A DNA stretch of 64,000 nucleotides from Pavona decussata. Its lineage: Eukaryota. The DNA lies in contig CDRNST010000326.1 in assembly GCA_977016875.1 (NCBI GenBank), positions 186,001-250,000 on the forward strand, in the 5' to 3' direction. The translations under genes were made by a program, and so were the position numbers. Within the stretch, counting starts at the first letter, position 1; each line of letters starts with the position of its first letter. The notes under the pieces are model-generated. The model saw only the letters and a list, made by a program, of their open reading frames with translations. It was not told where the DNA came from and did no database searches. Positions 23,326 to 35,711 of this stretch are shown here, piece after piece.

Positions 23326-25239
23326 GACCTCAGTAGCACTGTAGGAAATGGAAAGTAATCCAAGAAAAAAATCTTACGTACCAGAAAACATAAACAACTT
23401 ATGTTTTCATTTTTGAGTGAGATTCTTCAAGGTTAAACCTTTTCTGTGAGTTTTGGAGCGAATTATTTCATTGGCAAAACCTAACCTAACTTTACCAGTC
23501 ATTTTTCTAAAATAAGAAGATTCCGCATACACAATCTGCCCCCACCCAACTTTTTTCATGGGTATTTAATGGATTCACACCAAATTTGGTACAAGTGCTC
23601 CTTGATATGTGAACTATAAAATGAGCAGACAATTTTTGGTTTCTTTTCATATTTTTCAAATTATCATTAATTATGCTAATAAGCTACGTGTTTGGTAACC
23701 ATAGAACGGAATTCATGTTACAAACAATTCTTCTGTTCATTTTATGCTTTTTGGTATCCACTAAGTACCCACCAAGTTTGATTGAATTTGGTTGAATAAT
23801 CAATGAAATTATAGGGTGGGGCAGCAACCCATTATGGATAAGTGCAGTTATATAATTTATGCAAGATTAGTTAATCACTAACTTATTAAGGTAATTTTTT
23901 CGCGTGAAATTGCAGATTGATGTTGTTACTATAATTTCATAACATAAAAGTACATGATGTAAGGCTATATTGTGTGTCAACCATTTTCCCTAGAAGTGTT
24001 CAAATTTTGTCCAAATTTGACCAGACTGCCCCCTCAATGCTCCAGTTGGAACTGTGGCATGTCAGCCATTTTTTTTTTTGTAAATGGCCAGGTGGTACCT
24101 TGCTGTAGAAAATTTGGCATAACTTGGGCTGTGAAAATGATATTTTGATAGAATAAAAAGCATTTGATTCTTTGAAATGCTATTTTTTGTGATGAATACA
24201 TCGGTTTTGTGTCCTGTTGACAGAACGTTTCATTTTCAGGTAGGGAAGAAAATTAACTTTTTTACAGTTTAGTGGGTGACACTAAAAACGTCTGTCTGAG
24301 GGGTCGTTTTTACTCTGACAGTGTTCTCCTTATACTTAAAATGAAAGAACACTCTCTCCTGAGTTAAATGACATATAGTTTATAGGGTGGTAAACTTGAA
24401 GGCAGAGGAGCTATTAAGTAATAAATAGACTAGGTTCGCAGAAATGTTTGAAGTCTGCAGGAAATTTAGGCTGAAAGGGTTAACCATATGTTGCATAGCA
24501 CACTACGTTGATGCTTAAGGGTTTGGCGAGACCGCTGGAAAAATCTTTGGTTCTGGGTGAAAAAATAACTTTTAATAATAACGTTTCAGAAAAACACATA
24601 GTTTGGTCAACATGAGTGGTAACATCACTGAGGTTTAAAGGTTTTGAAGTTTGAAAAGGAAACAGTTTCACGTCAAAAGTGATTCTCAGTAAACTTTACT
24701 TAAATTCCATCTGCTGGCTAACTTAATTGATGGACCCTATCAGTTAAGTGGTGGTTTGCCTTGAGGAAAACAGCTGCTAATGGACTGATAGCCCAAAGCT
24801 TTAGTTTATGCTTGTTCTGATGATGGCTGACCTTTCATTCATCTCACTTATAATTCATGGTTGGTCAGTTTAGGCAAAACGTCAGAAGGAATTTCCTTTT
24901 TAGGGAGTGGAGAGGAGCAACAAACTTTTGCGAAAAGTTACAAATTATAAAATCTATGTCAAATAATGAAAAATTTGGTTCTCATTTCAAGAAAAGGTCT
25001 TGTTCTTGTGAATTTGCCTTGAATAACTCACTGGAAACACAGTGGAACATTTTCTACCACTCAAATAACAAATAACATTGCATGCAGCAATCCTACAACA
25101 GTTCAAGACCTCACATGCAATCGCCATCTTAGGCAGGTGAGTTGCCAGACCTAGACATTAAGGATGTTTCCTCCTTTTCTCACTTCACGTGCATTCAGCG
25201 TATTTCAAAGAAATTTGTGCGTTTTGTTTTTATTTTTTA

Positions 25240-25680
25240 ACCTAATCTGATGGCCCACAGGGAGTCTACTGCTGAACGATATTATAGGGTTTTTGAGAAA
25301 AGAAGATCATCTGTTAAGGTGCCGCATGCACTGCACAGAATCATGCGAAATGCTGAAAAATGTTATGAAGAGAGGCTAAAAGAAAACGTGGAAGACCCAC
25401 TCCAGCCTGGTTATGATTCCTGTGACATCATTTCTCCTACAGAAGCTACTGCAAGGTCAAAGCCAGACGTGTTCAGTCCCATCCAAGTCCAATTTTTGCT
25501 GCATTTGTTCCAAGATATGATCAATGGGGCAACTATCTCAAAGCCAGTGATAATGCAAAGAGTAAGAAAGGACAACAGGGTAAGAAAATGCAAACCGACT
25601 TCACAGTTAAAGAGGTGGTGAATCAACTGAAGTATGAACAAAAGCAAGAACGAGAAAATGCGACAGAACTGACAGTAAGG
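25240..25680 (+). pseudogene. Tyrosine recombinase C-terminal fragment
   Basis: LMAHRESTAERYY matches the box-II H...Y catalytic motif (LM.HS..TA.RYY) of eukaryotic tyrosine recombinases. Confidence 0.6.
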
Positions 25681-25719
25681 TCAACAAAAAAAGACTGCCG
25701 AAGTCAGTAAATAGAGTAA

Positions 25720-26735
25720 CTGTCTTAATCTGACATTATTATTGACATTTGAATTACACAACGCATAACTACGTAACCAGAGCAATGTACAATTGCTTTA
25801 ATTCGTACAATACTACATTGGCGAAGAGGATCAAACTGAACGATATTGGTGAAGAATGCCCAATACACGCCGACTTGTTGAAATATCCTGACAAGCAATT
25901 TATTCTTCGAAATTCTGCCACAAAGCTCAAGGATAATCCTTATGAATGCGCAAAGATTTTCATTTCTGATGTCTCCAAAGATGTGAGAGAGGAGAGGATG
26001 AAGTTGAAGGAATGGCATCTAGACGGAATCTGCAGTCGAGAAGAAGTAGAATATGCCTTTGTCCCCTGGAACATTCTTGCACGTATCCTTCACAAAGTTA
26101 AGGATACAGTAAAATTGAAGTCCTTTTTCCTACCTGCTTCTGAGAATTCTGATTTCGACTAATATAATGTATAGGTATCAATTTCTTTTTGTTGATTCTT
26201 CGGACTGAGAACTTTATTGAAGCCTAAATAAGAAACGTGTATCATTGTTGTAATATTTCTTCTTTAGATCAAATATTTATAACTTACAAGGTTTACACAG
26301 GGTTTTTGATGTCATTTAAACTTAGAATGTAAAAGAGGAGCACAACTGGAGGAGAAATGACATGGAACTCCTTCGGTGCAGATATCATAACATTAATTGC
26401 ATTTTAGTCCTCTCTGCAAAATACGTTAAACTATTTGTGTGCTTGTGTATTTGTGGTAATGTGTTACACAGTAGGCCAATTTTTGATAGAAATGTTATAT
26501 TAATTTTAAAATGAATTACTTCTTCATCTTTTCTCTGATTACAGACAGAAAAAAGAAAACTTTAAAAATGGGTTCGGCAAATTTACTTTTAGCTTTGAAT
26601 GCGAGAGCCATAAATAATTAAAAAAAAAAACAGACGAGCAGTGTTTACATGGTGCAGGTAACAAAAAGCAAGCATTATATTTCTTCAAGAAACACATTCG
26701 ACAGTAGATAAAGGAAAACAATGGAAAAATGAATT
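25720..26735 (+). mobile_element. L1/Tx1-clade LINE remnant (ORF1 C-terminus + ORF2 endonuclease N-terminus)
   Basis: ORF1-like PIHADLLKYPDKQFILRNS..KLK....IFISD.VSKDVREER.KL (25850-26160); APE start LLALNARAI...RRAVFTWC..QKASIIFLQETHST...QWKNE (26570-26735). Confidence 0.75.
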
Positions 26736-27289
26736 AGTGCATCAGCCAGGTAGGGTTGCTAGTACCACTCAGGGGGACAAAGGGAACCATAGCTTTTTTG
26801 AAAGATCTTAACCCACTATTACCAAATATGTATAAGAGCAGTTGTTATCACACAGCTGTCTGTTGTTTTTGAGGGGGGAGAGGCGAGGGTAATTTTTTTT
26901 GCCCAAGCAGGATTACGCGATAGAAAACCCATCCATTAAGGAGGGAATATTGTCTACAGAAAGCGCTAAGTGAGTTGGAAAACGTTTTTTGAGAAGAAAT
27001 AGTATTCCGGCATATTTTTAGGCATAATATGTCTGAGCCTTCAACACCTACCACTGACCACAACACTTGAAGCAAGCACCAGTGTGTTGTCCACACGGAT
27101 TTGCTCACGTAAAAACTCAGTATTTTTTAACTTATTGATGCCTAAACTTAGAAAAGATCTCATATTCATAGAAACAACTACTTAACTCCTATTTTAAAGA
27201 AACAAATGACGACAACAGACACGTTCTGCTCATCGAAGTTATCTAGAATGTCTGTAAGTGTTACCCTGGTAACAACAACCCCTCTCAAC

Positions 27290-28052
27290 GAGCAAAGATC
27301 CTGGTGGAATCTTTTAGCCAGGACATTGTTTATGCAGTTACCTGTGGCCAAGGTAAGCCCCCTAAACAAATTCTTCTGTCATACTGAGTGAAGACGTTGA
27401 CTGGAAATGTAGAAGTTATCCAGCTGCTCAACAGATTTGGTCACGGGGTATCTTACTCCCAGTTGGAAGAAAACGACACAGCATTGTGCCTAGAGAAAAT
27501 GGCAGATAACCTAAACCAGGCCGCGATTCTTCCAACAACTGTTCAACCGAATGTTTTTACCAACCTAGCCTGGGACAACATTGACCGTCTTGAGGAAACT
27601 CTGACAGGAGAGGGCACGACTCATTGGGTAAATGGGATTGCAGTTCAACCAGCTGTTTTTGGTCCACACCTTCCCTGTATCACCCCTCCCGTTATTGAGA
27701 ATTGAAAACAGAGAACCATTAAGCAAGACGTTCAACCTCTCCCAGTAACACCCATGAATAATCAAGATGACAATGAAGACGAGCATTTAGATGCATGCCT
27801 AGCAGAAATGAAAGATTTGATATGGTTGCTTGCAAGAAAAGCTAGATGTGACAGCCAGAAGATCCCAAGCTGGACCAGCTTTAACATTATGACTCAAGCA
27901 CAAGATGTAATTTCATATCTACCAAGCATCAATGGTCCTGCTACCCAATTGACAACAGTGAATGAGATTCTTCGTCAGTCGGATGGAATAAGAAAGGCTC
28001 TTGATCTTAAAGAGATTGTAGTGGTCATGGACCAGGCACTGTATGCAAAAGC
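27290..28052 (+). pseudogene. Academ-type transposase fragment
   Basis: SFSQDIVYAVT.G..KPPKQILL...VKTLTGNVEVIQLLNRFGHGVSYS, AWDNIDRLEETLTGEGTTH, IPSWTSFN, YLPSINGPATQLTTV, VVVMDQALYAKA. Confidence 0.72.
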
Positions 28053-28562
28053 CTCTTGGTTTTTGTTTAACACAGGTACACCATTTTACATTAAGTTTCG
28101 TAGCATTTAGGTACATGGCAGCTGTTGTCACAATTATTATCGGGAATCATCTGCATTGTATTCATCCACTTGCCTTGTTAGTATGCTTTCTTAAACAAAA
28201 CAATATTTGACCACAGGCTCAAATGTAACAACAGCTATTCAAACTATTTTGGGTGAAAACGTTGCTATCATTCATTAAATAATAATTCCATACCACATAA
28301 CATGTGTTGTAATTTGTAAAACCTGTCTATGTGTACCATGTTTTGTAATTAGTCTACACTTGATTCGGCAGGTCATGCAAATAGAGATCCTTCTCATTTC
28401 AGGACAAATTCAAAAAGAAAAAGAAGAGAGATTTTATGATTAACAAAAAAGTAAATAAAGGCAAACTGATACCAAAACTGTATAGTTAATGTAAAGCAAC
28501 TGTGCAAGTAATTTTAGCTACACACAATTGAACTAACTGGAATTTTTAAATTATTTTTGTAA

Positions 28563-29013
28563 GGAAAGACAAGAAACAATTAATGTTTCAACTACAGAAA
28601 TCACAGAGCTTAGAAACCAAAGTAAGATATTTGGTGTTAATACTCCTGAGCACGAACTTACCAGATATCAAAAAGCCATTAACGATGCCAGTTTTCAACT
28701 GTGTAAAGATGATGGAACTTTCCTTCTGAATAAGGGAAAACTGTTGCCACTAGCAAGGGAGAAAGACCACAGTGATGGTTACAATTACTCAAAGAAGGGG
28801 TCAAGATCCAAAGTGTTAGCCACCAATGAAGAGGGGAGAAGAGAGAAGAGAAAGTATGTGCAAGAAGAAGTTCGGAAAGAAAGAATTACCGAAATTTCAG
28901 AAAATATCAAAAGCCTTAAAGAAACTATCAAGTTCCTGCAGCTTCAGAAAGTGAAATCTGGCAATAGTGGAAAGTCTCGAAGAAAACACCAAAACAAGAA
29001 AATTCGAAGTTGA
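28563..29013 (+). pseudogene. Fragment with NAB NCD2-like helical domain followed by coiled coil
   Basis: ELRNQSKIFG...ELTRYQKAINDASFQLCKDDGTFLLNKGKLLPLARE...GYNYSKKGSRSK parallels NAB NCD2 (IRKYSAIYG...LTLHE..VNEAAAQLC.KD..LL.RR..LF.LARQ...Y.Y). Confidence 0.5.
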
Positions 29014-29324
29014 GCCTCCAAAGTTGAGCACTGCTGAAGTCTGTGACCTATAAGAGGAGGAAAATGGCCAAAAGCAGTATAGTTACCATGATTCTGATGA
29101 TGCTAAAAGTTTGTCTAGTGAGGGAAGTGATACTGATATAATTTCATCTTTAGAAGAATTCCCTCCACCTGTAAGAGTCAAGAATCCACTTGCACAGTGA
29201 CTGAATTGGTCAAATGCACTGCAACCAACGAGCGAAAAAAGGAACAACACAGACAAACAAGAAAAAAATGTAATATTACTTCGACTAAAAAAGAAAACAA
29301 TAAAAAGGGTATTTCTTCCGTTCA

Positions 29325-29807
29325 AGTTGTATTTGTTTTTGAAGATTTCATTGAGCTTTTTCTCCTTGTCAACTCTTGAAGTCTTTTTGTCTCCAGCATT
29401 GGACCTGAATTTTGAAAGATCCTCAGATTGAATTCCCTCACAACAAGTTTTCTCTCTCATGTTTAGTCAAAAAGAGATCTTCCCAGAGCTTGAAAAGATC
29501 CCAACCGTCTGTGTCAACAACAATTTCTCCTGCGAACTTGATTTTCAAGCTGGAAAACAATGCTCTTGAAACATTTTTCACCAGAAAATTATCTGCATGA
29601 CCACTCACAACCAAATCAAAAATCAACCCAAGTGAACCTGGAACCAAAACTGTTCCCGCGTGAAGCTTTGGGACTGGAATCCTTAGTGTTTCACCGGGGG
29701 AAGCTTTGTTTGGATTGAATGTGATTCTGTGAACAGTTCTGTCTGCCTTCAAAGCATTTGACGTTTTTGTTCTCAAAATTCAGATTGATTTTTTCACTGA
29801 CTTCCAT
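29325..29807 (-). pseudogene. Polinton major capsid protein (double jelly-roll), N-terminal part only
   Basis: ALKADRTVHRITFNPNKASPGETLRIPVPKL...VLVPGSLGLIFDL...NFLVKNVSRALFSSLKIKFAGE..D.DGWDLFKLWEDLFLTKHEREN..EGIQSEDLSKFRSNAGD, typical of animal Polinton MCP N-termini; truncated at ~29325. Confidence 0.78.
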
Positions 29808-29819
29808 TTTTAATAGAAA

Positions 29820-31225
29820 TATTTTAATAAGGCAGAATTTGGAGATAGAGATCCTTTAATTCCAAATGAAGAAAAAGATAAAAATGATGAAGATGAAGAT
29901 TCCGATGAAGAAGTCAACAGAAATCCTTTTGAAACAGGAGGAGGAGAATCAGAAACTGGTGAGCAACATGAAATGCAAAGAAGAACAAATCAAAACAGAG
30001 AAAACGAGAGAGATGGATCAGCTGAAACATGTTTCATTGAGGGTGAACTAATAGGAACAATCTCTCGTCTCAGAGAGTCACTTTTCGGCGCTGAAAGGGA
30101 GGAAAAACCAACTGGTGTAATGAACTTCATCAAAAATCGTTATCTAACTGTTGATTTTAAACAAATTGGTGAAATCAATTACGAAGATAAAGAGAATCAA
30201 ACAGGTGAAAATTGTTGCACATGGTTCAAGAGGTGGCAAAATAAAGATTATCGTTCAAAACAAAAAAGGCTTTGGCTTCAAACTTTCTGAAACATTCTTG
30301 AATAAGTATAAACCTTTTCTTGGAAAAAAAGCTGAATCTGTGATTTTGCAGGAAAATGAAAAAATAAAAGAAACCCAGTAGAGATTGAGAGAAGCAGAAA
30401 AGTTTTCTTCTGAAACACAAATAACTCCACAAAAAGTGAATGATCTGCGAAGCAAACTCGAACGAATGAAAGCTCATATTGATTCTCTTTCAGAAGAACA
30501 TGGTTCAAATCTGGAAAATGAAACAGAACTTCAAAGACTGGAGCAACTGGAAAAAAAATCTGAAAAGTGATATTGCAAATGAAAAAAAGGAGCTTGAGTA
30601 TTTCCAGAAACAAGTGAAAACCAAAGAGAAGGAACAAACAAAGGATGAAAAAATCAAAACTGATCTTGCAAAGAAACTAAAAGAAAGAAACACTCTTGAA
30701 GAAAGACTAAACTCGACAAAAACTCTTGAAGAGTTGATTGAAGAAGAGGCAGAACTCAATCGACAAAATGAAAATGGCAAAATTATCATCAACGATGAAA
30801 ACACTTCTCCAGATTTAACATCAAAAGTTAAGACAGGAGTTGCAGAAAGAGAAGAGGAGGTTGCCAGATTGAGAACACAAATTGAAGAAAGAGAAAGAGA
30901 AATGCCGCTTCGAGAGAAAATCAAAAACATTTTCAAGAGGTATGGATTCACAGTTGGAGCAGTATTTCTTGCAGTTGGCACAACAATCGGAGTGATTGTG
31001 AATGCACTCACAAATGGGCTCAAATCTGTTGCCAAAGGAGTTGAAAATGGCTTGAAAGATCTTGGAAAAAAGATTGGACAACTTCTTCCTGGATTGATTG
31101 GAACAATCGTCAGTTTCATCTTCAAAACTGCAGGACAAGTTGTTGATTTTCTTGGAAAAAATGCTTGGTCTCTGATTCTTGATGTTGCAGTTTCATGGTT
31201 GAAAGGATTAAAAAAAATTGAGTTT
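29820..31225 (+). pseudogene. Polinton acidic/coiled-coil protein with C-terminal amphipathic and hydrophobic helices
   Basis: E/K-rich heptads, then PLREKIKNIFKRYGFTVGAVFLAVGTTIGVIVNALTNGLKSVAKGV...LLPGLIGTIVSFIFKTAGQVVDFLGKNAWSLIL (ORF 30479 onward); several frameshifts upstream. Confidence 0.65.
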
Positions 31226-32520
31226 AATCCATTGGATTTAACTCAACGAAAAATTCGAAGAATGGCAAATGCTCCAAATGATGCTGCAATGATAAGGCCA
31301 GATTTCAAAGTTTCACGGTTTGATTCTTCTTTTTTTTTTGGCTTTCATTTGATACCTGAAGTTTTTTTTGTGACTAGTGAGGAATCCAAAGGCAGTGGTT
31401 TTGGTTTTTTTTGCTTTCATTTTGTTGCTCTTGGTGAATTGGATTTGAAGGATGAGAGGAGGGTCTGTTGGTTTTTGATGGTCCTCCATCCATCATCCTG
31501 ACTCCAACATGTTTCAAGTCCAAATTAACATCAGAGTTGACTCCGAGTTTCATGTTTCCAGTTGCTTTTTTCAGATTGTTGTTGTATCCAACTGTGCTTT
31601 GAGTGTTCAGAACAAGATCCGAAGGCATTAGCCCTGTTCCTGGCGAAACAGCAAGATCAAGTCTGACTTTTGCCTCATCAATCACAAGTTGAAATCTTTG
31701 AATCGATTTGCTCAAGTCAGGCTGTCTGATTGCATCTTCCATCAAGATGAGAAATTCTCTTTGAGCTTCCTTTGCACCTCCAAATTCACCCAGGGTTGAT
31801 GATCTGACGTTGACTTGTGCTCCAAGAATGCAATGAACAAATGCTTCAATTGATTGATTGAGTCTTGCCATTCCTGCTTGAGAAAGACCATTGAGGGGTC
31901 CGTTTGGCATAAAAAATTCAAACTGTTTGTCAGCTCCTTGATCGTTCCTGATGAAATCAATTCGGTTTCCTTTTTCGTCAGTTCCTCCTTCATCTGCGAA
32001 TCTTTGGCTTGATCGATTTTGAAGGGTTGCTGGGGGATAAGTCCAATGCTTTTGTGCAAAGTCTCCTTCTCCTGAGGAAAAATTGTTCACATATCCCAAG
32101 CCAAAATTTTGACCAAAAATGAATCTCAAATCTGTTTTGGATGAGATTTGAAATTCTGCACAGATTTTCTTAAACAGGGACCGCGGAGCCGCGGAAGGGG
32201 GGGCTTCAGCCCTCCCCCCCCCCAATAATTTTGCAATATGTTGGGTAAAAGGTCGGGGGTTGCGAAGCAAATTCAAGATATTCAGAACAAAGCTCATCCT
32301 ACACATTGCCATGCACATTCGCTAAGTTGAAGTGTAAAAGAGAGTAGGGCATGGAGTTCCCTGTGTGCTGGTCTGGTCTTTGTGTGTGCAATAGTTGGGG
32401 GTTAGTTTGCAAGGCTCTGCGAAATTTCTGTTTCTTTCCCCCGTCACACTTAGTGACGAATTTCACTTAATCAAAAGATGCAACGAGTCACTGCAAAATA
32501 TTGTCAGACACGAGTAAATA

Positions 32521-35500
32521 GTTAGTTAGTTAGTTCTCTCCGCGCCATGAGGCGCATAAGGCTGCAACTTTCGTTTTCCAACCAGTCCTGTCTTTTGCTG
32601 CAGTCCTGGCTTCAGCCCAGCTGGTCCACCTTTCTTGTCTGCACTCTCTTTCCACTGTCCTCCTCCACGTGATTTTAGGTCGCCCCACTTTCCTCTTTCC
32701 CTCGGGTTGCCATCCCATTGCTACCATACAATCATCGTTCCTGTCCTTTCTAAGCACATGGCCAATCCAGTTCCATCTTCTCCTTTGTATTTCGTCACTT
32801 ATCTTTCTCACGCCTGTTATTTCTGAAATTGTGTCGTTTTTCATGCGTTGCGGCCACCATACTCTCAATATCCGTCTTAGACATGTGAACTGAAATCTAT
32901 CCAATTTCTTCTCTTCGGCAGCTGTTAATTTCCATGCTTCACATCCATACAATAGCACTGGTCGTACCAGAGTCTTAAACAGTTTGATTTTTGTATTCCG
33001 ACCAATGCTCCTTGTATTCCAGATCTTCTTAAGGTTGTAGAAAGCTCCCTGTGCCTTGCTTAGACGTTTCTTGATGTCTTCCGTGCCACCACCCTCTTTT
33101 GTCACAGTCGCGCCCAGATATACAAACTCTTTCGAGGTCTTCAACTTCCTTTTTTTCAATCATTACTTTGTCTTCTCTTCGTGCATTCATTCTCGTCACT
33201 TTGCATTTTTGCGCATTTAATTTCAGCCCCACTCTCCCCCTGCATTATCTGTCGGTTGGTCTTGTCCTGTATTTGTTGGTGTTTTGATGAGAGAAGGACT
33301 ATATCGTCTGCAAAATCGAGATCTTCAAGTGTAGTTGTAAAGTTCCATCTGATGCCATTTCTTTGTCCTTCTGTTGTTCTTCGCATTACCCAGTCTACTG
33401 CAAGCAGGAATAAGAAACGTGACATGACACATCCTTGCTTAACGCCAGTTGTGATCTTGAACCATCTTGTTTGTTCTCCCTCATCCAGTACTGAACATTC
33501 AGAGTCTTCATACATGATCTTCATCATTCTTATCAGCTTGTCTGGGATCCCATAGGCCTTCATGATTTTCCACAGTCCTTCGCGGTGTAGTGAGTCAAAA
33601 GCTTTTTCAAAGTCGACAAAGTGTGCATAAAGTGTCGCCTGCCATTCATTCACCTGTTCTATGATGTTACGGAGGATGAATATTTGGTCTACTGTGCTCC
33701 TGTTCTTTCGAAACCTAGCTTGTTCTTTTCTAAGGACACTGTCTACCCCATTTTGGATTCTCTGTATGATGACTGCCCATTACTTTGCTAGCCACAGGTA
33801 ACAATGTCACACCACGCCAGTTCTTGCACTCTTTCAGGTCGCCTTTTTTGGGTATTTTTACTATCAAGCCTTTCTTCCATTGTTCAGGTACCTTCTCCTC
33901 GTGCCATATCTTATCAAACAGTCTTGTCAGCTCCTTAACTGCCACATCACTATCTGCTTTGTACAGCTCCGCTGGAATGCCATCTATACCTGGTGTTTTT
34001 CCACTCTTTGACTTCTTCAGTGCCTCCCTTACTTCTACTTCCCTTATCTCTGTTGTATCCATCTCGCTAATTTCGTCTTCCTCCACTTCGTTCTCTTCAA
34101 TTGGGTTCATTGGGGCCTCCCTGACTAGCACCTCCTCAAAATGTTCAGCCCATCTTTCAAGTCTGGCATTCTTGTCTTTTATTGTCCCACCCCTCTTGTT
34201 CTTAATTGCTGCAACTTGGCGCCGTCTCTTGTTTGTGATTTTCTTTGCTGTTTGGTACAGTTCCCTATTTCTCCCATTTTCGGCATACTTTTCTGCTTCA
34301 TTTCCTAACTGTTCTAGCCAAGCTCGTTTATCCTCCCTTGCTCTGCGTTTAACCTCTCTGTCTTTCAATTTGTACTCTACTCGTAGCTTGCTTGTTATTC
34401 TCTCTGATTTCGTGCAGTGTATTTTGTCGTGGATCATCTGTCGTTGATCTATTGCTTTCCAGGTTTCCTCTCTCAACCACTGCTTGTTTTTCTTTTTCAC
34501 CCGGCCTAGTACTTTCTCAGCAGTTTCTATGTAAATTTTTTTCCATTTGCATACAATCTTCATTGATGTTTTCCTCCACCTCTAATGCTGCAAATCTGTT
34601 TCGCAGTTCGACGCTGAACTTGGACTTGAACATTTCGTCTTCCAGTTTGTTTGTGTCAAGTCTTGCATTAGTCTTTGCTCTATCTGGGTTTCTATGTAGT
34701 TTCAGCTTTATTTTCATGATTAGCAGAAGGTGATCGCTTGCTGCATCTGCACCCCGGTACACTCGTGTGTCTTCCACAGACCTCCTCCATTCTTTACGGA
34801 CCATCATGTGATCGATCTGATTTTGAGTCCTTCCATCAGGTGACACCCAAGTCGCTTTATAAGTTGTTCGGTGTGGAAAGCATGTTCCTGTGATGACAAG
34901 ACCGTTCATTGAGCAGAAGTCGCATAGCCTTTCACCATTATCCTTTATGTTACCCAGTCCATGTTTTCCCATTATTCCTTTCACATCCTTGTTGTCGTCA
35001 CCAACCTTTGCATTCAGATCTCCTATAACAATAACTATGTCATGACGGTTGCATGTATCAAAAGTTCTTTGAAGTTGCTCGTAGAATTCGTCCTTTTCAT
35101 CATCTGATGCTCAATTTCTTCTCCAGCATAAATCATTGTATAGCCATTCCCCATCTTAATACATCCTGCTCCTGTCCATCGTATCTCACTTAGTCCCAAC
35201 AGATCAAGTCTGTACCTTTCCATCTCTCGTGCTATTTGCGCTGCTTTTCCAACTGTGTACATTGTTCGTATGTTCCAGCATCCCACACGCATTCTTGATT
35301 TTGGCGTTGCCAATGATCTTGTCGGTCTGTGGGCTTCCTGTAGGCTTTCACCCATTGACGTCATGGTGTGTCCGGTTGTGCCTCCGTCCACGGCCACAGC
35401 TTCGCCATTGCTAATTAGTACTTGAGAAATTGCAGTTTCGGTAATCTTCCGTTTTTTTCCGGGGGCAAGTGATTGGCCTACCGCCCAACCCCCATGACCT

Positions 35501-35711
35501 GGAGGGCCGGTGGTTTTCTGTCAGGGTTTTCCTTCCCTTAGGGGTATTATGGCTCCCCAGTTGGTGCTGCTTTAGTCTGGACCCTCACCGCGCAGACCAA
35601 TCCGGCATGGTTAGACCTGCCAGGAGCACAAGGCTCCCGCGGGCATAGCCCTGGGGGTCGTAAGGTCACACAAGCTTCCCCGCCACGACAAGGCACACCA
35701 CCAGGGGGAAG
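32521..35711 (-). mobile_element. RTE-clade LINE, near full length
   Basis: 15-bp TSD AGACACGAGTAAATA (32506-32520, 35712-35726); (AACT)n 3' tail; GC-rich RTE-type 5' UTR; APE + RT ORF. Confidence 0.95.
32530..35397 (-). pseudogene. RTE ORF (AP endonuclease + reverse transcriptase), frameshifted with a small deletion in EN
   Basis: VGCWNIRTM, LGLSEIRW, GDLNAKVG, NQIDH, ASDHLL, KSGKTPGIDGIPAE, CKNWRGVTLL, FVDFEKAFDS, GVKQGCVMS, LDFADDI, FVYLGA, WIGHVLR. Confidence 0.95.

Larger units (their letters stand above)
20524..24033 (+). mobile_element. Kolobok-like DNA transposon, internally deleted
   Basis: TIR GGGCAGTCTGGTCAAATTT at 20527 and AAATTTGACCAGACTGCCC ending ~24031; flanks CTAA/TCAA look like a degenerate TTAA TSD; contains transposase N-terminal start (20931) and C-terminus. 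Confidence 0.75.

Noticed and set aside
20524-24033. KolobokP-style long terminal direct repeats
   Set aside because: No direct repeat was found between the left and right terminal regions, only short TIRs.
33785-34447. Long + strand ORFs antisense to RTE, Polinton and PLE genes (also 30505-31125 and 51076-51522)
   Set aside because: Shadow ORFs of real coding sequence on the opposite strand.
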